Below the pieces are notes generated by a model that was not told the DNA's origin, searched no databases, and was given only the letters and a program-made list of their open reading frames with translations. A program made the position numbers and the translations under genes. Of a stretch of 43,084 nucleotides of DNA, positions 38,976 through 43,084 are shown in pieces; within the stretch, counting starts at the first letter, position 1, and each line of letters opens with the position of its first letter. This stretch comes from Candidatus Poribacteria bacterium (GTDB lineage: Bacteria > Poribacteria > WGA-4E > UBA9662): NCBI GenBank assembly GCA_036339735.1, contig JAYZAL010000072.1:1-43084 (forward strand), in the 5' to 3' direction.

Positions 38976-39695
38976 TCAACAGAACTCATCTATCGCTAAG
39001 CGAAATCCGATCCAGTTGGGAGCCTGATCGGGTGGGTGAGCTGCGCGATTAGCACAGCGGCCACTAAATTTCCCCTTTGTATTCCAAGATCCTCCCCTAA
39101 TAACTTTCCGCCGTCCGTCCTTGGCCCCTTTGGGATTTATATTTGGGGAATATTTATAAGTTTCTGCATGAAACCAATCGCTACACCATTGATAACAATT
39201 TCCTACCATATCCTGGCACCCATAAGGACTGACATTTTTTTCGTAAAATCCAACTTGAACTAGTTGCTTGAAACTAGATTCCGCGAAATTAGCCTGATTT
39301 GGTTTCCACTGATCACCCCAAATATACTGACGTCCATCTACTCCACGAGCAGACTTCTCCCATTCAGCCTCAGTCGGTAGTCGAAAATTTTGATTGTTTT
39401 CCGTGCTCAGCCAATCACAAAAAGCTACAGCGTCGTACCAAGTAACACCGACAATTGGCATCAATGAGGAATTGAACCTAACATCACTTTGGTAACGTGG
39501 GGTGGAGCGTCCGGTCTTAGAAACAAAACTTTGATATTGAGCAGCGGTAACCGGATAGCGTCCGATATAGAAGTCGTCCAACATTATTTGTCGCTGCGGC
39601 TCTTCTTCGTCAGTCTTACTCTGATGTGTACCGACCACGGTACCCATCAGAAAAGGGCCGGCAGGTATAAATATAAATTCACCAGCAGAAGACAA
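38976..39695 (-). CDS. FGE-sulfatase (SUMF1/EgtB-like) domain protein
   Basis: FLMG, YPVT, RLPTEAEWEKSARG, DMVGN..W..DW, RGGSW, IGFR. Confidence 0.9.
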   Translation of the reverse strand: MSSAGEFIFIPAGPFLMGTVVGTHQSKTDEEEPQRQIMLDDFYIGRYPVTAAQYQSFVSKTGRSTPRYQSDVRFNSSLMPIVGVTWYDAVAFCDWLSTENNQNFRLPTEAEWEKSARGVDGRQYIWGDQWKPNQANFAESSFKQLVQVGFYEKNVSPYGCQDMVGNCYQWCSDWFHAETYKYSPNINPKGAKDGRRKVIRGGSWNTKGKFSGRCANRAAHPPDQAPNWIGFRLAIDEFC

Positions 39696-39757
39696 AACTA
39701 TCCTAGCAGAAGTGTACCGGTATTCGGTTCCTCAATTTTTCAGAATAACTAGTTAGA

Positions 39758-40825
39758 CTAAAGGATTTCGATACTGTCACCCTGTCGGTCAGAAGAATTC
39801 GCCATTGCTATGTCTACTTCTCTGTCTGTTCTGGCGTTAAAAAGCCCATATTCAGGAGCTGAACCTGTCTGAATTGCTTTTTGGATACTGGTTAGAGCAG
39901 CAGCCAAAGAAATTTGGCCATCGGTCAGTGGATAGCTACGATATGGATTCTCCCATACAATCTCAGGTGTACTATCAACCACGTAGGCATCGACCACATC
40001 GATCTCATCAACTTTTATGGTGCGCCGTTTCACACTGACTTCCTGTGTATCTCCAGAGCCATTACCAACAGCTATATCCAAACCCACGCACATTCCTTTT
40101 TTTCCATAAATCTCCGTATTTGCTTTAGCCCGTCTCCAACGGATAGGCGATTGGTACGCGGCAGATGTGAAATCGTATATGGCACGAGTTCCACCCCGAA
40201 ATTCGATAATCCCGTGTTGCCATTGCTCCGATTGAATTTCAGCGCCAGATGGAAGGCTGTGTGGTTCAACACCATAATCACGCTGAAACCCCCAAACTCG
40301 AACTGGTGGCACATCAAAACCAACGTAGCTACGCAGAACGTTCACAGCATGATAGCCATGCCCAATAAAACGAGCGTAAGCAAAGTTAACATCACCAATC
40401 AGGCCTGACTGGACTAATTTTTGTTTAATTCGCTCGTGTGGCCGCCGAAAATAAGGTTCAGAAACCTCAACCATTACACGATGTAATTGGGCCAGTCGTC
40501 CCAAACGGTCAATCGAATGCAAGTCAACACCAATTGGCGTGTCTGCTAGAAGATGAACATCGTGTTCTAAAACCTTAACCGCGTCGTCGTGGACTTTCAT
40601 AGGATCACTAGCCACAACACCAAAATCAATTTCATGATTCTCGAAAAGGGCATCTCCATTCGAGTAAGTGGAGATACCACTAAAATCAGCCAAGTCGTCG
40701 GGAAGAGTTAGATTGTCAGAACAAACCGCCACTAGCTTGAACTGGTCTGACATAGTCTTCAAGACTCGCATATATTCTTGAGCACGCTTCCCGGCTCCCA
40801 TTATCGCAACCTTGAGTTGGTCCAT
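39758..40825 (-). CDS. Gfo/Idh/MocA family oxidoreductase
   Basis: IMGAGKRA, HLLADTP, GLIGDV, GYHAVN; AGGAGGAG RBS. Confidence 0.85.
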   Translation of the reverse strand: MDQLKVAIMGAGKRAQEYMRVLKTMSDQFKLVAVCSDNLTLPDDLADFSGISTYSNGDALFENHEIDFGVVASDPMKVHDDAVKVLEHDVHLLADTPIGVDLHSIDRLGRLAQLHRVMVEVSEPYFRRPHERIKQKLVQSGLIGDVNFAYARFIGHGYHAVNVLRSYVGFDVPPVRVWGFQRDYGVEPHSLPSGAEIQSEQWQHGIIEFRGGTRAIYDFTSAAYQSPIRWRRAKANTEIYGKKGMCVGLDIAVGNGSGDTQEVSVKRRTIKVDEIDVVDAYVVDSTPEIVWENPYRSYPLTDGQISLAAALTSIQKAIQTGSAPEYGLFNARTDREVDIAMANSSDRQGDSIEIL

Positions 40826-40872
40826 CTACTCTCCTCCTGACTGGGATTTTAGCACAAGCCCAAACTTGGTGC

Positions 40873-40916
40873 AAGGCCAAACCATGCGATTAAAAAGGCA
40901 AAACCATGCGATCAAA
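40873..40916. repeat. Tandem 22-bp direct repeat
   Basis: AAGGCCAAACCATGCGATTAAA / AAGGCAAAACCATGCGATCAAA (20 of 22 identical). Confidence 0.85.
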
Positions 40917-40930
40917 GTGGTAAATAAAAG

Positions 40931-40959
40931 TTGTACTTTCAATTTTTCCATCTTATAAT
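40931..40959 (+). promoter_or_regulatory. Putative sigma70 promoter of the ogl-like gene
   Basis: TTGTAC, 17 nt spacer, TATAAT. Confidence 0.55.
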
Positions 40960-41015
40960 CAACTTGTTAGATTTCAGGCTAAATTTACCACTTACCAGAT
41001 ATATGTAAGGATAAA

Positions 41016-42176
41016 ATGCATCAGACTAATTCCCATCTTCATAGAAAATTTGGAAAAGGATCAATTCACCCTTCAGAAATGAAGTTGATTAAGGATGAGA
41101 AAAGTGGCCAAAAACTCTGGCAAATAACATCAGACAATTCGATTAATCATAATCTTTACTTTTTGACGTCTACTTTCACCCCGAATCAGAAAAATCTGGT
41201 GTTCACTTCTTACCGGTCCGGACAATCAAACTTTTATCTAGTTGGTTTTCCAGATGGTGAAATTCGACAATTAACATGTGAAGATGATATACACGGCTAT
41301 TCAGGTATCATTTCACATGATGGTTCTGTTCTTTTTTATACTGCAGGTGATAAAATCAAGTCCATCATGATCGAAACTCTAGAAGAGGCGGTATTAGCGC
41401 AATTTCATGGTGGAAGCTTGGGTGAATGTAGTTTAAGTTGTGATGGGAAGTGGCTGGTTACTGCCTTGAAGCAGGATGGGAAATCGCATATTACCGTTAC
41501 AAGTACTGATGGTTCTGGTGGACAGGTGATCTTTACTGCAGCAAAACAGACAATAATTCATCCTCAATTTCATCCTAGCTCTCCGGACTTAATCGCCTAC
41601 TCAGGAGATCCAGCTCCAAGAATGTGGGTCATTAATCGGGATGGTAGCCATAACCGTCTTTTGTACGAGCACGACAATAATGAATTTTTAGTTCACGAAA
41701 CATTTCTAGGTCAACGACAGGAGTTAATTGTTAGTCATTGGCCTTATGCGTTACGACGAATTTCACTGGAAACTTTAGAAATGCAAACCATCGCCGACTT
41801 CAACGCTTGGCACATTTGTAGTAACAGGTCTGGAACTAAAGTGTTGTGTGACACGATTCACCCTGATATTGGGCTAAGGCTAGTTGATGTTTCATCCGGC
41901 CATCACTCTGCCATCTGCCAACCAAAAAGCTCATCACAGGGCAGTCAGTGGAAAAAAGATCGATATGCGGTGGCAGAGGATTGGGCTAAGGCTAAACAAA
42001 CAAAGGATCGATCGGTAGCCTTAAGTTGGATGGAAATGGAAGTGGATACAGTTTATGGTCCTCAGTGGACACACCCACACCCATCGTTCAGCCCAGATGA
42101 GACTATGGTAGTATATACGTCGGATACTTCTGGATACCCTCAACTTTATGTGGCAAAAATACCAATAATGTCTTAG
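41016..42176 (+). CDS. Oligogalacturonate lyase (Ogl)-family / TolB-like beta-propeller
   Basis: HNLYF...FTP, HPQF.P, RMW.IN.DGS, HE.F, HPHPSFSPD..VVYTSD.SG.P. Confidence 0.75.
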   Translation: MHQTNSHLHRKFGKGSIHPSEMKLIKDEKSGQKLWQITSDNSINHNLYFLTSTFTPNQKNLVFTSYRSGQSNFYLVGFPDGEIRQLTCEDDIHGYSGIISHDGSVLFYTAGDKIKSIMIETLEEAVLAQFHGGSLGECSLSCDGKWLVTALKQDGKSHITVTSTDGSGGQVIFTAAKQTIIHPQFHPSSPDLIAYSGDPAPRMWVINRDGSHNRLLYEHDNNEFLVHETFLGQRQELIVSHWPYALRRISLETLEMQTIADFNAWHICSNRSGTKVLCDTIHPDIGLRLVDVSSGHHSAICQPKSSSQGSQWKKDRYAVAEDWAKAKQTKDRSVALSWMEMEVDTVYGPQWTHPHPSFSPDETMVVYTSDTSGYPQLYVAKIPIMS

Positions 42177-42193
42177 TGAACCCGAAAATTGTA

Positions 42194-43084
42194 TTAGTAA
42201 CTTGTACTAGATTCGTTGGATTCCATTAAGGCGAAGTAACTATCGTATCGGGATTGCTCAATACGACCGGATTGCAAAGCTTGCCGAATCTGGCATCCGG
42301 GTTCAGTAAGGTGTAAGCAATCTCTAAACTTACATTGACCGAAGTATTTTTCCATCTCTGGAAAATATAGTGTTATATCTTTGGCATCGATGCCCCATAA
42401 TCCTACTTCCCGAACACCTGGTGTATCTGCAACAATTCCACCGTTTTTCAAGTCGTATAATTCAACCATGGTTGTTGTGTGTTTTCCCTTCTTGAGTTGC
42501 TGACTAACTTCGCCTACTTTCAATCCCAATCCAGGTTGGACCAGGTTCAACAGGCTGGATTTCCCAACACCAGAAGCACCAACGACTACGCTAAATTTAT
42601 TGGCCAGTGTTTGTCGCAGTAGATGTATAGTTTCAGGTTTTCGAGTACTAGTATAAAGTGTTTGGTAACCAAGTGATACGTAAGTATGATCTATCTTTTC
42701 TGTGATCTGTTGCATGCGACTAGGACGTAATAAATCCATTTTATTTATACAAATAGTAGCAGAAAGATTACCGTAGTCAGCCAAAATTAAGAAACGATCA
42801 ATAAAGCGATAGTTCAGTTTAGGTTGCTTCGCAGATGCAACAATCAGCACTTGCTCAGCGTTAGCCACGATAACCTGCTCAATAACACCACTTGGATTAG
42901 GATGTCGACGTGCTAGCTTGGTTTCCCGTGGCAATAAGCCTTCGATTACGCCCTGTTCCTGATTAATTTGTACTAATTCCACCCAGTCACCAACTGAAAC
43001 AGGGTCAGCGTAGATTCGCTTACCTTCCACCGATCGTAAATCTCGCTTGAGACTTCCTCTCAATTGACAAACAAGAGTCTTCGG
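42194..43084 (-). CDS. rsgA: Ribosome small subunit-dependent GTPase A, 5' end outside window
   Basis: VGDWV, NKMDL, GASGVGKSSL, GKHTTT, DTPG, CKFRDCLH..EPGC. Confidence 0.95.
   Translation of the reverse strand, partial: PKTLVCQLRGSLKRDLRSVEGKRIYADPVSVGDWVELVQINQEQGVIEGLLPRETKLARRHPNPSGVIEQVIVANAEQVLIVASAKQPKLNYRFIDRFLILADYGNLSATICINKMDLLRPSRMQQITEKIDHTYVSLGYQTLYTSTRKPETIHLLRQTLANKFSVVVGASGVGKSSLLNLVQPGLGLKVGEVSQQLKKGKHTTTMVELYDLKNGGIVADTPGVREVGLWGIDAKDITLYFPEMEKYFGQCKFRDCLHLTEPGCQIRQALQSGRIEQSRYDSYFALMESNESSTSY

Noticed and set aside
39696-39757. In-frame TGA upstream of the FGE-domain gene as a selenocysteine codon
   Set aside because: No plausible start before it, no redox motif and no evident SECIS hairpin
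40873-40916. CRISPR array or iterons
   Set aside because: Only two adjacent units, no spacers, no cas or rep genes

Overview
AT-rich, gene-dense bacterial chromosomal segment (roughly 40% GC by eye) with no CRISPR array, rRNA, tRNA or intact mobile element detected. Housekeeping genes are smpB, topB, queC, selB, rsgA (cut by the window end), an ABC-F ATPase, MoxR and a MurE-like ligase. They are mixed with many sugar-acid catabolism genes: uxaE, a kdgK-like kinase, an L-galactonate dehydrogenase-like enzyme, an oligogalacturonate lyase-family protein, an HpcH aldolase and three Gfo/Idh/MocA oxidoreductases. There is also a tandem array of secreted LamG/concanavalin-fold genes (three intact, one decayed); the intact copies all end in an AV-x-P-x-x-KL-x-TTW-x-x-[IL]K tail. 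That tail, together with the PhyH, Gfo/Idh/MocA and uronate genes, suggests Candidatus Poribacteria (inference, not verified). The main oddities are the LamG array and its putative C-terminal sorting signal, an NtrC-like regulator that has lost its key catalytic and signalling motifs but kept its HTH, a MurE-like ligase with no N-terminal domain and an altered specificity motif, a stand-alone Gfo/Idh/MocA C-terminal-like mini-protein coupled to a full oxidoreductase, and a 22-bp tandem repeat just upstream of the ogl promoter.
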